Shown in pieces: positions 8,423 to 18,805 of a stretch of DNA of 38,872 nt. Origin of the DNA: a virus (taxonomy: Duplodnaviria > Caudoviricetes); the IMG/VR virus record IMGVR_UViG_3300047272_000160, positions 1 to 38,872 of that record; one strand, written 5' to 3'. Numbering within the stretch: position 1 is the first letter of the stretch; every line of letters begins with the position of its first letter. A program made the position numbers and the translations under genes. The notes under the pieces are model-generated. The model made no database searches. It was not told where the DNA came from and worked only from the letters and a program-made list of their open reading frames with translations.

Positions 8423-8827
8423 ATGGCAAAGCAGTATGCAAACAGGTCCGACCTGCGTAACCCAGCCGCAAAAATGGCGAAGACAGCAGTACCAGGACAG
8501 GCATATGGTCAGGCTGGCGCACAATTAGCGTCACAATCGGTAGTTCCTATGGGTGGAGCACCAACAGATGCACCTCCAGCCCCTGTACAAAGCCAAGGAC
8601 CAGCGATTGCACCTGGTTCTCTTGGACCTTTGACTCGCCCAACTGAACGACCCAATGAACCAGTCACTGCTGGCGCATCATTTGGTCCAGGACCTACCCC
8701 TGGCGTGCAGTTTGTAGTACCAAAAGAATCAGACCCAGTTCTTAACGAACTTCGTGGTCTCTATCAGGCGTATCCATCACCTGAACTCGCAGACATGCTT
8801 GATTCGTATGTGCGAGAAGGATACTAA
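8423..8827 (+). CDS. Pro/Gly-rich hypothetical virion-associated protein
   Basis: 134 aa, PTERPNEPVTAG motif, follows portal. Confidence 0.75.
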   Translation: MAKQYANRSDLRNPAAKMAKTAVPGQAYGQAGAQLASQSVVPMGGAPTDAPPAPVQSQGPAIAPGSLGPLTRPTERPNEPVTAGASFGPGPTPGVQFVVPKESDPVLNELRGLYQAYPSPELADMLDSYVREGY

Positions 8828-8829
8828 GT

Positions 8830-11800
8830 ATGGCATTATCGCCTTGGGACCCACTTAACGAAGACCAATCAACAGCAGACGCAGCACACAATCAGCAGAA
8901 AGTACAGCAATACGCAACTTCTGCTGACCCTGCTGTAGCAAAACGCATCGCTGAAATCTATAAAAAGTCACCGTATATCCCTGCCAACATTGTTTTGGCT
9001 ATGGCTAAACAGGGTGTTTCTGACGCTGCCGTTGACGGTATCGCTCCTACTGCTGGCAAACAGTCTCAGATTACAAATGACCCAAACAAACCAAAGAGTA
9101 AAAGTTGGTTCCAACGCAATGTGATGGACAACTTTAAAGCGACTTCACGCTGGACATTCGCAGCGTTGCAGGCTGTACCTGATATGGCACAAAACCTTGC
9201 AGCCGAAGCGTTCTCACCTAACGATTCTGCTGGTATGTCAGGGTTCTTTAAGTCCACACAGTTAGGTACTTTGCTTGATGACCCGTCTAAAGCGGGTGAA
9301 GGTTTCTTTATCGGTGAAGAAGCATTGAAGACCCAGGCTCAAAGAGCACGAGAATATCGTGGGACAATCAATAACCATGCGTGGACTGTTGGTCGTGGAG
9401 CCGCACAACTTGCTTTCAAGCCAGGTTCTAAGCCATATAGTTTGCTGTCGGGCTTTGTTGACGCAGCGTTCAATGTTGTTACAGACCCAACAAACCTTGC
9501 AGGTCCTTTACTTAAGGAAGCAAAAGCAGCACGAGCACTTATCCCAGCATTGCAGGGTGAAGAAGCATTATCTGCCGCAAGCAAACTGGCATTTTACGGT
9601 TCAGCAGGTTTAACAAAGGCTGAATCAGCAGCGTTTGATGCGTCAAAGTTTGGCAAGTTCATCACTCAAGACCCACGAGCAGTACGCCTTACTGAGCGTC
9701 TTGCCTCTATTGGTGCCGATACAACACGGAATAGTTATCTTAAAGCGTTAGATATCATCACAGAGTTTGGTGACAACATCAGCCCTGAGATTGCTTTGCG
9801 CTTTGCAGAGGCTGACGATGTTAGCAAAGTCCGTGGGTTACTTGGTGAAGCATCAGCACGGTTAGGTAAAAATCCTAATGAGTTGATGATGCCAACCGAT
9901 ATCCGTGACTTCAGCATGGCTAAAGCAACTCTTGGCGATATTGCTAAGAAGGTCGGAGCCAGTGAAGGACTTGGCAACCTTATTGATGACACAGCAGAAC
10001 GAGTATCGCTATTCCGCAATATCCGCAATAGCAAATGGTTCACTGAAATGCCAGAAGGTACCGTTGTTGTAGGTGGTGCAGGTATTGACCGCACCAAAGC
10101 CATCCGTACATACTCCAATTACATTATTGGCGCAGGCATTAAGAAAGGTAGCGAAGGCTACGACAACTTAATGTATGAAGTTACAAAGGCATACAGCCTC
10201 ACTGAACCTTCTTTAGCCCGTGAAGCAGTACATGATGCTTTCTCTAAAACATTTGATGCCATCTTTACCCATGTAGGTGGTACAAGTGAAGATGCTAAAA
10301 CTGTTCTTGCCAAAGTTATTGAAGCATCAAAAGCAGAATTAACTAAAGCCCGTGTCTATACCATTGACGAAGCAGGTCAGGCTGTTGACGGTGGTGCTTT
10401 CCAAATGATGCGAGCAGACCTACCTGACTCTGTATTAGCAGAGTTCAGCCCTGACCAATGGGACAACCTTGTATTCCAAGGTCCTGGTGCTCTAGGTGAA
10501 TTAGCAGATGAGATGTTCGTACTCCCTGATTACCGTCAAGTACGCCGACTTGCTGGTTCATTAAAGTTTGCCACAGCAAATAAAGCAGGAGACCAGCGTG
10601 GTCTGATAACACTTGCTGAGTTTATTCAGAACGACATTTGGAAGCCACTTGCTCTTGCCACTGGCGGTTACCTAATGCGTAACATGGCAGACGCACAAGT
10701 CCGTATCGCTATGACAGGTCTTGACGGTTTCTTTAACCACCCTCGTGACTACATCATGTGGAGTATGAAGCGTGGAAAGGGCTTTGCTGACATTCTTGGC
10801 AAAGACTTTGTTGCTACACCAGAAGAATTGGCAGGTGCATGGGCTAAAGAACAGCCTGAGTTTGTTGATGCAATGACACATGGAATCCATCAACACATCA
10901 AGGACCCAGTAGCAGCCAAGGAACGCAACCTTCTTAATGGCAACTGGTCTGCTATCAGTCGTTCAGCAGACGCAACAGGGCATACAACAGGCTATGTAGA
11001 TAACCTTCGTCTACTTAACTCCGACCCTGTTAATAGCCGTATTGCAAAAATCATGGCATCAGGCGAATCAGAAGCAGATACTTTAGTACAGATAACAGAC
11101 TGGCTTAAGTCCCCCGAAGCAGCCGCTGAACGCAAGAAACTTGTTGAATACTTCAAACAAGGTGTTCGTGTTGTTGACCCTGCAACTGGTGAATATGGTT
11201 ATGTCAAGTTCCCTGAAGGTTCAATCACTGATGAGACAATGGCTGCGTGGGTGCAGAAACTTTCACCTACAAAGATAAATACAGTTGTCCGTGGGGATAA
11301 TGAACTTCGTATTGTTGCTGCACATAACCGTGTCCCACTTACGATGACCGACATTGATGGCAAAATTACAGCAGTTCGTCCAGAATCAATGGACATCCGT
11401 GACATTGCTAAGTACGACTTTATTGCTGGCGAAGGCGAAGTTGGTTCAATCATCAGTCTCGGTAAGAACAGAGAAGGTGTTGTCCTCGCCAAGAAAGGCG
11501 TGAACCTGACAGTGCAGGAAGTACACCCTGGGTCAGCCTTCCTTGATAGTGGTCTTGGTTCTTCACAACTTCGTACATTGATTGACCAAAAAGGTGTTGA
11601 AGGAAAACTTGCTGAAGTTGTAAAGCGTGCAGAGCGTGGCACAGCCCAAGGCGGGAACAAGGTCGCTGAAAAAGCATTGGCTGCCAAAGACCACTTCACA
11701 GACAAAATCTTTAAGGACTTGTTCGGTACTGTTACACAAAAACTGGAACGCTCCCCTGTCTTCCGCCAGTTCTACTACAAAGAAGTAGGCAACACAGCAG

Positions 11801-13491
11801 AACTTCTTGCACCCGCTGAAGCACAGAAGTTACTTGACCGCATTGACGAGATGGTTCAAGAACTTGGAATCCGTGCAGACAACTATGTCGGCGGCAAAGA
11901 CACGCTTAAGAAACTTAAAGACATTGCTGCATCATCCTCTAAAGCAACTGGCACGCTTGAAGAACTTGACAACTACGCCAAGGCTGTTGCTTTAAGGTCA
12001 ACAAAAGAAACATTGTTTGATGCGACAACCCGTAACAACCTGCAAGATGTTATGCGTATCGTCATCCCATTTGGTACAGCATGGACAGAGGTACTTGGGT
12101 CATACGCTCGTATCGCCATTGAGGACCCAACCCGTATCCGCCGTGCCCAACTCATGTTTGAAGGTGGACGCAAAGCAGACATGACCCTCGTAGGTGGGCA
12201 AGAAGGACAAGGTTTCTTCTACCAAGATGCAACAACAGGCAAATACTCGTTCAACCTTCCAGGTTCAGGGTGGGCAACCAAACTCCTCACAGGGGTAGAA
12301 GCCCCATTGCAGGCACCAATCAAGGGTCTGTCTCTTGGCTTTAACTTCAACCCAGGTGTAGGACCAGTTCTCCAAGGTGTCGCCTCAGAGATAATCCCCG
12401 ACACCCCATCAACTGACTGGATTGTCAAGATGTTCCTGCCTTACGGCAGAAAGAGCACACTGGACATTGCGCCTAAGTGGATTTCACAACTTGAAGATGT
12501 AGTCCGTGGTGACACCATGAACCTTGAAACCATCTACGGCAACACATATATGGAAGTTATGCGTGCCCTTTCAACCTCAGGCGAGTACGACCTGGCTGAC
12601 GAAGCAGACAAGAACAAGTTGTTCGCTGACGCACGCAACAAGGCTCGCATCATCACAGGCTTGCGTACCTTCGCACAGTTCGTTGGACCAACAAGCCCAT
12701 CAGCAGAGTTCACAGCCCAAACAAAACAGGGCGATGTCTACGGCACGGAACTTGTCAAGGCTTTCCAGAAACTTCAGTCAGAGAACTACGACACATCAGT
12801 CAAGCGGTTCCTTGAAATCTATGGTAACGATGCAATGCTGTACCTGTCTAACAAGACAGAGGCTGTTGCTGGTGGTCTGGAAGCATCAAAGCAGTTCGGT
12901 GACTGGGAACGCAACAACAAAGACTTGATGAAGTCCTTCCCTGATGTCGCTGGTTTCATGGCTGAAGGTGGAGACGACTTCTCCTTTGAGGTGTGGTCAC
13001 GCCAGTTGAAGACAGGCAAACGCCGTAGGCTCACAGACCGTGAGATGCTTGCCGCTGCTCAGTACAAGGCTGCTTCTGCCCAGTACCGTGAACTGCGTGC
13101 CAAACTCCCAGCCAACCCATCTGCACAGCAATCTGCTTGGTTGCGTTCATGGCGTATCCAGTTGAACAAGGAATACCCTGGCTTCCCTGTGGTCGCTGAG
13201 TTCAACCCTGGTGAGTTCCCAGGCAAGATTGCACAGATGAAAGAGATGCTTAACCAGCCATCGTTGAATGACAATGACACTGCTCAGGCTTTGAAGGAAT
13301 ACCTTAAGCACCGTGACGATGCGATTGCTAAGTATGTAGCCACTGGCGGTGCAGAGGGTGGATTCGGTAGTGCCACTGCTGCTGAACCATTGCGTGAATG
13401 GCTCGCACAATGGGGTCGTACTCTAGTTAACGAAACACCTGAGTTCGCTAGAATCTATGACAGACTTCTTTCTTACGAGGTAGAAAAATAA
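8830..13491 (+). CDS. Large (1553 aa) putative internal virion/ejection protein
   Basis: Size, Ala-rich helical composition, location in the head module; no enzyme motif recognised. Confidence 0.65.
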   Translation: MALSPWDPLNEDQSTADAAHNQQKVQQYATSADPAVAKRIAEIYKKSPYIPANIVLAMAKQGVSDAAVDGIAPTAGKQSQITNDPNKPKSKSWFQRNVMDNFKATSRWTFAALQAVPDMAQNLAAEAFSPNDSAGMSGFFKSTQLGTLLDDPSKAGEGFFIGEEALKTQAQRAREYRGTINNHAWTVGRGAAQLAFKPGSKPYSLLSGFVDAAFNVVTDPTNLAGPLLKEAKAARALIPALQGEEALSAASKLAFYGSAGLTKAESAAFDASKFGKFITQDPRAVRLTERLASIGADTTRNSYLKALDIITEFGDNISPEIALRFAEADDVSKVRGLLGEASARLGKNPNELMMPTDIRDFSMAKATLGDIAKKVGASEGLGNLIDDTAERVSLFRNIRNSKWFTEMPEGTVVVGGAGIDRTKAIRTYSNYIIGAGIKKGSEGYDNLMYEVTKAYSLTEPSLAREAVHDAFSKTFDAIFTHVGGTSEDAKTVLAKVIEASKAELTKARVYTIDEAGQAVDGGAFQMMRADLPDSVLAEFSPDQWDNLVFQGPGALGELADEMFVLPDYRQVRRLAGSLKFATANKAGDQRGLITLAEFIQNDIWKPLALATGGYLMRNMADAQVRIAMTGLDGFFNHPRDYIMWSMKRGKGFADILGKDFVATPEELAGAWAKEQPEFVDAMTHGIHQHIKDPVAAKERNLLNGNWSAISRSADATGHTTGYVDNLRLLNSDPVNSRIAKIMASGESEADTLVQITDWLKSPEAAAERKKLVEYFKQGVRVVDPATGEYGYVKFPEGSITDETMAAWVQKLSPTKINTVVRGDNELRIVAAHNRVPLTMTDIDGKITAVRPESMDIRDIAKYDFIAGEGEVGSIISLGKNREGVVLAKKGVNLTVQEVHPGSAFLDSGLGSSQLRTLIDQKGVEGKLAEVVKRAERGTAQGGNKVAEKALAAKDHFTDKIFKDLFGTVTQKLERSPVFRQFYYKEVGNTAELLAPAEAQKLLDRIDEMVQELGIRADNYVGGKDTLKKLKDIAASSSKATGTLEELDNYAKAVALRSTKETLFDATTRNNLQDVMRIVIPFGTAWTEVLGSYARIAIEDPTRIRRAQLMFEGGRKADMTLVGGQEGQGFFYQDATTGKYSFNLPGSGWATKLLTGVEAPLQAPIKGLSLGFNFNPGVGPVLQGVASEIIPDTPSTDWIVKMFLPYGRKSTLDIAPKWISQLEDVVRGDTMNLETIYGNTYMEVMRALSTSGEYDLADEADKNKLFADARNKARIITGLRTFAQFVGPTSPSAEFTAQTKQGDVYGTELVKAFQKLQSENYDTSVKRFLEIYGNDAMLYLSNKTEAVAGGLEASKQFGDWERNNKDLMKSFPDVAGFMAEGGDDFSFEVWSRQLKTGKRRRLTDREMLAAAQYKAASAQYRELRAKLPANPSAQQSAWLRSWRIQLNKEYPGFPVVAEFNPGEFPGKIAQMKEMLNQPSLNDNDTAQALKEYLKHRDDAIAKYVATGGAEGGFGSATAAEPLREWLAQWGRTLVNETPEFARIYDRLLSYEVEK

Positions 13492-13493
13492 CT

Positions 13494-14225
13494 ATGTCCG
13501 ATGTGAATACAACCCCTCCTAGTGATGCCCCACCAGAAACACTACCCAGCGGCGGCGGTCTACTACCTAGCCAGAAACTTCAACCACGAGTTGTCACTAA
13601 TGTTGGTGCTGGGTTTAAGACGACAGCCTCAGACTTTGACGCACAAGGTAGGTATATCGGTCAGGGTCTTGTAGACAAAGATGGCAATATCCAGCGTGGT
13701 CAGTACGGCAACGAAGCCTACGCAGAATTAGCCCGATTCAAATCAGTAACGGAACGCAAGAACTTCCTTAACCGTCTATATCAGGTAGGTCTATACCAAG
13801 GGTCTAAACCAACTGCTTCAGGTCTATCCGCCAAGGACCAGTCAGTCATGCAAGATGCTCTTGACTGGGCTAACTGGCGTGGCTACACCATTGATGTCGC
13901 AGCCACCATGATGGCAAAAGAACTTGGAACAGTTGCCCCTACTGGCAACCGTATCCGTACAACAGCCAAAGAAGACCTCCGTGCAGTGTTCAAGCAGACC
14001 GCTAGTTCAATCCTTGGTCGCACGCTGTCCGACTCTGAGGTTGAGAAGTTTGTCAAGTCTTACAACCAGAAAGAAGTAAGTGATGCTATGGGTGGAGCCG
14101 CTGCCCCTAGTGCTGCTGTTGCCGCTGAACAGGCAGTGACTGCTGCTGCTCCTGACGAGGCTGCTGCTATGGGTGCTTCAACCTTGATGGATTTATTTGA
14201 CCAAAAGATTAAAGGACTTGGCTGA
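13494..14225 (+). CDS. Hypothetical virion protein
   Basis: 243-aa ORF coupled to neighbours. Confidence 0.7.
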   Translation: MSDVNTTPPSDAPPETLPSGGGLLPSQKLQPRVVTNVGAGFKTTASDFDAQGRYIGQGLVDKDGNIQRGQYGNEAYAELARFKSVTERKNFLNRLYQVGLYQGSKPTASGLSAKDQSVMQDALDWANWRGYTIDVAATMMAKELGTVAPTGNRIRTTAKEDLRAVFKQTASSILGRTLSDSEVEKFVKSYNQKEVSDAMGGAAAPSAAVAAEQAVTAAAPDEAAAMGASTLMDLFDQKIKGLG

Positions 14226-16015
14226 TGGCTGACGAATACTACACACCGAATCCGAACTTCTACTCTGACTTAATTAAGGAGCAGGAGAAGTTACGCAAGA
14301 ATCTTGACAAGGCTTCTTACGACTCAACGAAGCGTGGCTTTGTCATCAACGGCAAGGTATACACCCAAAAGCAAATTGACGCAACATACGCTGCTATTGA
14401 CAAGAAGATTGCTGGTTTCAAGAAGGAAGAAAAGAAGTACGGCAAGTACGGTCCTGGCTGGGGTGACTCTGCCAAAAGCAACGCTGCTGGTGTTGAGTAC
14501 GAAAAACTCCGCAAAGCGGCTGAAGGTATTGAGGTAACAGACTACGCCTCTGCCATTGCAAACCTTAAGGCTTGGAAAGCAGTCAACGATTTTGTTGCCC
14601 GTAACCGTGACATCAAGGTTGCAACCAATGTCCCCGCCATTGTGCAGGGCGAGCGTGGTCGCAATACCCGTGGCTCTATCCTTCATGCTGTTTCTGTTGA
14701 CGAATCATGGGATGCACGAAACATTGAGGAAGCACAAAACGCTGCTATTGAATACGCCGAGAAAGACACAACAAAGGTTGAGAGCGTACTGACATACGGT
14801 AGGGCAGGCGGTGGAAACTCCACTTACAAGAATGTAAAGACTGTCACCAACCAGCAACTTCTTGATACTCGTCTTGCTGAGATTGACAGCGTTAACAGCA
14901 CCTTCACTCCTCGTACCCCTACTGAATCTCCTCGTCCTGGTGTTGATGCACCTACTGGCACAGAAGGTCAGCCTGCTACTGCTGGCGCAAAGGGCGGTCA
15001 GAGTGGCATGAATGAAAAGCAGACGATGAAAGCCTATGCAGGTTTCACTGTTAAGCCTGGCACGGGAAGCAATGCAGGTGCTAACACTGGTACAGGTACT
15101 GGGTCTGGCACAGGAACAGGGGCTGGCACGGGGGCTGGAACAGGCACGGGTGGCAAGACTGTCGGAGCAAAAGTCCCTAAGAACTGGGAAGCCAAGTTCC
15201 GTGAGATGTTCCCAACAAAGACATGGATGCTTGACCTTGACCGTTCAAAGTACGCAGATGTATTTAAGGTCCTTCAAGATGGTGTAAAGAACCAGGCATG
15301 GCTTACCCCTGAAAGTCAACAGCGTTTCCTTGGACAACTTGACAACACCTCGTTCATTAAAGAACTTGCACAGACTGACATGGTTCGCCAAGTCAAAGCA
15401 GTCGTAGGTGACCTTGGGTTTGACTCTGTACCTTTCAACTCCTTCCTTACGAAAGCAATGAACATGGGCTGGAAGGACGATGTTCTCAAGCAAGAGGTGT
15501 ACAAAGAGGCTTTCCGCAAGAACGACCAAGGTGCCTTCGTTAACCCGACAGCCCTTGCCCGTGCCAAAGCATCTAACGACTACCTCTCTGTCAAGAAGAT
15601 TGGCACCAGTTACTTCAGCAACATTGACGATGCGACAATCCAGCAGTCACTGACTGGCGGTCTGACCCTGGAAGATGTTGAGCGTCAACAGCGTGAACTC
15701 GCCAAGACAAAGTACAGCCACCTTTCAGGTCTCCTAGACCAAGGGTTTACTCTTGATTCCTTGACATCATCGTTCAAGCAACAGGCTGCCCAACTTCTTG
15801 AGAAGGACATCAACAGCATTGACATGAGCCAGGCTGACTACGAACAAGTAATCAACGCAGGCGAAGAAGGCAAGAAGCGCATGATGACCACGGGTGAGTG
15901 GGAGATTAAGTTGCGTTCCGACCCACGCTACAACTGGGGTTCCACACAGAACGCCAAGGAAGAAGCACGCCGACTCTCGGCTAGTATCTCTCAAGCCTTT
16001 GGAAAGGTCATCTAA
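14225..16015 (+). CDS. Hypothetical virion protein with central Gly/Thr linker
   Basis: 596 aa; GTGTGSGTGTGAGTG repeat near 15057-15153; TGATG coupling. Confidence 0.7.
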   Translation: MADEYYTPNPNFYSDLIKEQEKLRKNLDKASYDSTKRGFVINGKVYTQKQIDATYAAIDKKIAGFKKEEKKYGKYGPGWGDSAKSNAAGVEYEKLRKAAEGIEVTDYASAIANLKAWKAVNDFVARNRDIKVATNVPAIVQGERGRNTRGSILHAVSVDESWDARNIEEAQNAAIEYAEKDTTKVESVLTYGRAGGGNSTYKNVKTVTNQQLLDTRLAEIDSVNSTFTPRTPTESPRPGVDAPTGTEGQPATAGAKGGQSGMNEKQTMKAYAGFTVKPGTGSNAGANTGTGTGSGTGTGAGTGAGTGTGGKTVGAKVPKNWEAKFREMFPTKTWMLDLDRSKYADVFKVLQDGVKNQAWLTPESQQRFLGQLDNTSFIKELAQTDMVRQVKAVVGDLGFDSVPFNSFLTKAMNMGWKDDVLKQEVYKEAFRKNDQGAFVNPTALARAKASNDYLSVKKIGTSYFSNIDDATIQQSLTGGLTLEDVERQQRELAKTKYSHLSGLLDQGFTLDSLTSSFKQQAAQLLEKDINSIDMSQADYEQVINAGEEGKKRMMTTGEWEIKLRSDPRYNWGSTQNAKEEARRLSASISQAFGKVI

Positions 16016-16869
16016 TGGACGAGACAGCATACGACATCATCAGAAAAACTTTGCAGTATTACGGTTTGACTGATACGGACTTTCTCAAAGAAGTAGAGAC
16101 ACTGTTCAACACCAAGGTCATCAGTGACAGGTCCACGGTGGATGACATCGGAGTTGCCATGAAGGACAGCCCAGCGTTCGCCAAGCGTTTCCCTGCCAAT
16201 GCGGAACTAGCCGCTGCTGGCAAGCAACAGTATTCCGTATCACAGTACCTGCGGATGGAAGCCGATTATAAGTCACGCCTCCAAGCAGGCGGTATGCCCG
16301 TAGGATTCTATGACCAGCCACAGGACTTTCAAAAGTTAATTGCCAACGATGTGTCCCCTGACGAACTGTCAGCCCGCATCCAACTTGGATATCAAGCAGT
16401 CAAGAACGCACCTAAAGAAGTTGTTGACCAGTTCAAGAATCTCTACGGGGTATCCGAGGGTGACCTTGCTGCTTACTTCATTGACCCTGAAGTAGCCAAG
16501 CCAACCTTTGACAAGTACGAAGCAGAGCGTCAAGCCCGTTCCGCACTCATCGCATCACAAGCCGCAACCCAGGCAAACATGCAACTCAACCGTCAACAGG
16601 CTGAGGAACTTGCCCGTGCAGGAGTCCAAGGTGCAGAAGCACAAAAGGGATTCGCAGAGATTGGCGCAACACAAGAACTGTTCAACCCGATGATGGCAGG
16701 AGAGACCGCCATTACGCAACAAGAACAAATTGCTGGCACATTCCAAACCAACGCAGCCGCCGCCCAACGCATCGCTACACGCAGAGCAAAGCGCAGGGCA
16801 GAGTTTGAAGCAGGTGGCAACCTTGGTGCAACAACAACTGGTGTGGTGGGTCTTCGCACAGAAGCCTAA
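16015..16869 (+). CDS. Hypothetical virion protein
   Basis: 284 aa, Gln/Ala-rich C-terminus, TAATG coupling. Confidence 0.7.
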   Translation: MDETAYDIIRKTLQYYGLTDTDFLKEVETLFNTKVISDRSTVDDIGVAMKDSPAFAKRFPANAELAAAGKQQYSVSQYLRMEADYKSRLQAGGMPVGFYDQPQDFQKLIANDVSPDELSARIQLGYQAVKNAPKEVVDQFKNLYGVSEGDLAAYFIDPEVAKPTFDKYEAERQARSALIASQAATQANMQLNRQQAEELARAGVQGAEAQKGFAEIGATQELFNPMMAGETAITQQEQIAGTFQTNAAAAQRIATRRAKRRAEFEAGGNLGATTTGVVGLRTEA

Positions 16870-16874
16870 CCTTG

Positions 16875-16883
16875 TGTTATAGT
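16875..16883 (+). promoter_or_regulatory. Extended -10 promoter for the scaffold-capsid operon
   Basis: TG-T-TATAGT immediately upstream of the structured leader. Confidence 0.65.
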
Positions 16884-16890
16884 TCACACT

Positions 16891-17002
16891 GTAAGCCGAT
16901 GGCTGAAACCTACGGGAAATCCCCCGATACCGTAGCGTCACATGGGGTGTAACAATTAGCAGCCACCACAACCCTCCAGTGTGGTGCGGGCTTTAAGGAG
17001 AG
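16891..17002 (+). ncRNA. Candidate structured cis-regulatory RNA (scaffold mRNA leader)
   Basis: Nested stems AAGCC/GGCUU, UGGCUG/CAGCCA, CUACGG/CCGUAG, GUCACA/UGUAAC, CCACA/UGUGG; loop complementarities CCCCG/UGGGG and CUCC/GGAG (the RBS). Confidence 0.55.
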
Positions 17003-17008
17003 TGCCAT

Positions 17009-17473
17009 ATGTCAGACTTCGCAGACGATACCTACGAGGATGATTACGAACAGCAAGCATCTGAAACGAACCCAGTTCGTGCCAGGATGAAGCAACTGGA
17101 AAAAGCAGTGCGTGAGAAAGACGCACTTCTTGCCAAGTATGCCGAGACTGAAAAGAAGATGACCTTCATGGAAGCAGGTATTAATACCAGTGACCCGAAG
17201 TTCAAATACTTTGTCAAGGGATATGACGGTGAGATGACTCCAGAAGCCATCACGCAGGCTGCCGTAGAAGCACAGTTGATTACACCCCAAGCATCCCCAG
17301 CGGATGTTGACAAAGCAGCATGGCAGCAAACCAACAGGATTGCAGCAGGAGCCGAGACAGCATCAGCAGGACCTTCTTGGGTCAAGCGAATCAGAGATGC
17401 GTCATCCGCAGATGAATTATCAGCGATTTTTGCAGAGGCACAAGCCCAAGGTGTTGACCTTGGGGAAATGTAA
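17009..17473 (+). CDS. Capsid scaffolding protein
   Basis: Acidic N-terminus, coiled coil, immediately upstream of the major capsid gene. Confidence 0.75.
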   Translation: MSDFADDTYEDDYEQQASETNPVRARMKQLEKAVREKDALLAKYAETEKKMTFMEAGINTSDPKFKYFVKGYDGEMTPEAITQAAVEAQLITPQASPADVDKAAWQQTNRIAAGAETASAGPSWVKRIRDASSADELSAIFAEAQAQGVDLGEM

Positions 17474-17501
17474 ACCTCAAACCTATTAAGGAAAAAATCC
17501 A

Positions 17502-18482
17502 ATGGCTGATTACTACGCAGCAGAAACAGGCACCTCCAACCTTTCGGTTGACCAGGTTGCTTTTGAGAAGTTGGCATACTTTGCCCTTCGTCCAGAAATG
17601 TACTTTGACCAGTTCGCAGATGTCCAAGCGACAAACGCAACGAACCCAGGTGCATCCGTCAAGTTCACAATCTTCGCAGACCTTGCAGCAGCAACCACTG
17701 CCCTTGGTGAAGCAGAAGATGTGACCCCAGTTGCAATGAGCGACAGCCAGGTCACCGTTACTCTTAACGAGTACGGTAACGCAACTGTCACCACAGCGAA
17801 GTTGCGTGCATCTTCGTTCCTTCCTGTAGACCCAGTAGCCGCTAACGCTGTTGGTTACAACGCTGGTTTGTCCATTGACACCATCGCTCGTAATGTTCTT
17901 GAGGCTGGCACGAATGTCATCTACGCAACGGGTGGTTCAACAGACCCAACAGCCCGTAACGAAATCTCCACCGATGACCTCCTCACGGCAAACGATGTTC
18001 GCAAGGCTGTTGCACAGTTGCGCAAGGCAAATGTCCCAACCATCAATGGTTCGTATGTCGGTTTCATCCACCCCGATGTTTCCTACGACTTCCGTTCAGC
18101 AACCGATGCGTCAGCATGGCGCACCCCAGCCAACTATGTAAATCCAGAAGGCATTTACAACGGCGAAATCGGAATGTTTGAAGGAGTCCGTTTCATGGAA
18201 TCCCCTCGTGCCCCTCTGTTCGCAGATGCAGGTAACGGTTCGGGTTCAACAGGAACCATTGACGCATACGGTACGCTCATCATGGGTCGCCAGGCACTTG
18301 CCAAGGCAATCTCCCTTGGTGGCGAGTACGGCGCACAGCCAACCATCGTGTACGGCACAGTGACCGACCTCCTCCAGCGTTTCCGTCCAGTGGGTTGGAA
18401 GCACTTTGTTGGTTACGGTGTGTTCCGTCAGGAAGCATTGCGCCGCATTGAATCCGCTTCAAGCATCGGCACAAACGCCTAA
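17502..18482 (+). CDS. Major capsid protein (N4-gp56-like, HK97 fold)
   Basis: 326 aa; VTVTLNEYGNA, YVGFIHPDV, GEIGMFEGVRF, DLLQRFRPVGW motifs; followed by a terminator. Confidence 0.9.
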   Translation: MADYYAAETGTSNLSVDQVAFEKLAYFALRPEMYFDQFADVQATNATNPGASVKFTIFADLAAATTALGEAEDVTPVAMSDSQVTVTLNEYGNATVTTAKLRASSFLPVDPVAANAVGYNAGLSIDTIARNVLEAGTNVIYATGGSTDPTARNEISTDDLLTANDVRKAVAQLRKANVPTINGSYVGFIHPDVSYDFRSATDASAWRTPANYVNPEGIYNGEIGMFEGVRFMESPRAPLFADAGNGSGSTGTIDAYGTLIMGRQALAKAISLGGEYGAQPTIVYGTVTDLLQRFRPVGWKHFVGYGVFRQEALRRIESASSIGTNA

Positions 18483-18505
18483 TAAGTTCCGACAAGGAAT
18501 TGCGG

Positions 18506-18533
18506 AAGCCCCTGCCGAAAGGTGGGGGCTTTT
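18506..18533 (+). terminator. Intrinsic terminator after the capsid gene
   Basis: AAGCCCCTGCC-GAAA-GGTGGGGGCTT stem-loop followed by a T-run. Confidence 0.8.
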
Positions 18534-18547
18534 GCTATTCTTAAGAC

Positions 18548-18805
18548 ATGGCAACCTTCACTCCACCAACAGACAATTTTGTCAACTGGGCTTTGCCAGG
18601 TGAGCGTGGAATCTTTGCTTACTTAAGACCTGGTAGGCGTGGACGCAATGTCTTCAAACTGACAGACGGTTCATACACAGAATGGCAACCAGCGTTCGCA
18701 GACCAGATTGCCCACATCTACCACGGTGGGCATGTTCACGAATTAACAGCACAAGAAGAAGCAGACCTTACGGCTGCGGGGTACGGGGATTACATTGAAG
18801 CATAG
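18548..18805 (+). CDS. Hypothetical protein, probably leaderless
   Basis: 85 aa; TG-C-TATTCT ends 6 nt before the ATG. Confidence 0.75.
   Translation: MATFTPPTDNFVNWALPGERGIFAYLRPGRRGRNVFKLTDGSYTEWQPAFADQIAHIYHGGHVHELTAQEEADLTAAGYGDYIEA

Noticed and set aside
8830-13491. Tape measure protein or virion RNA polymerase
   Set aside because: No tail tube or chaperone genes nearby, location is in the head module, and no polymerase motifs were recognised
16891-17002. Hammerhead ribozyme, purine riboswitch or c-di-GMP riboswitch identity for the leader
   Set aside because: Lacks the CUGANGA core and the purine or c-di-GMP junction consensus, despite a similar three-way/kissing-loop layout
17044-17655. 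203-aa minus-strand ORF and other long antisense ORFs in the structural region
   Set aside because: They fully overlap well-supported plus-strand genes and show no RBS or motifs
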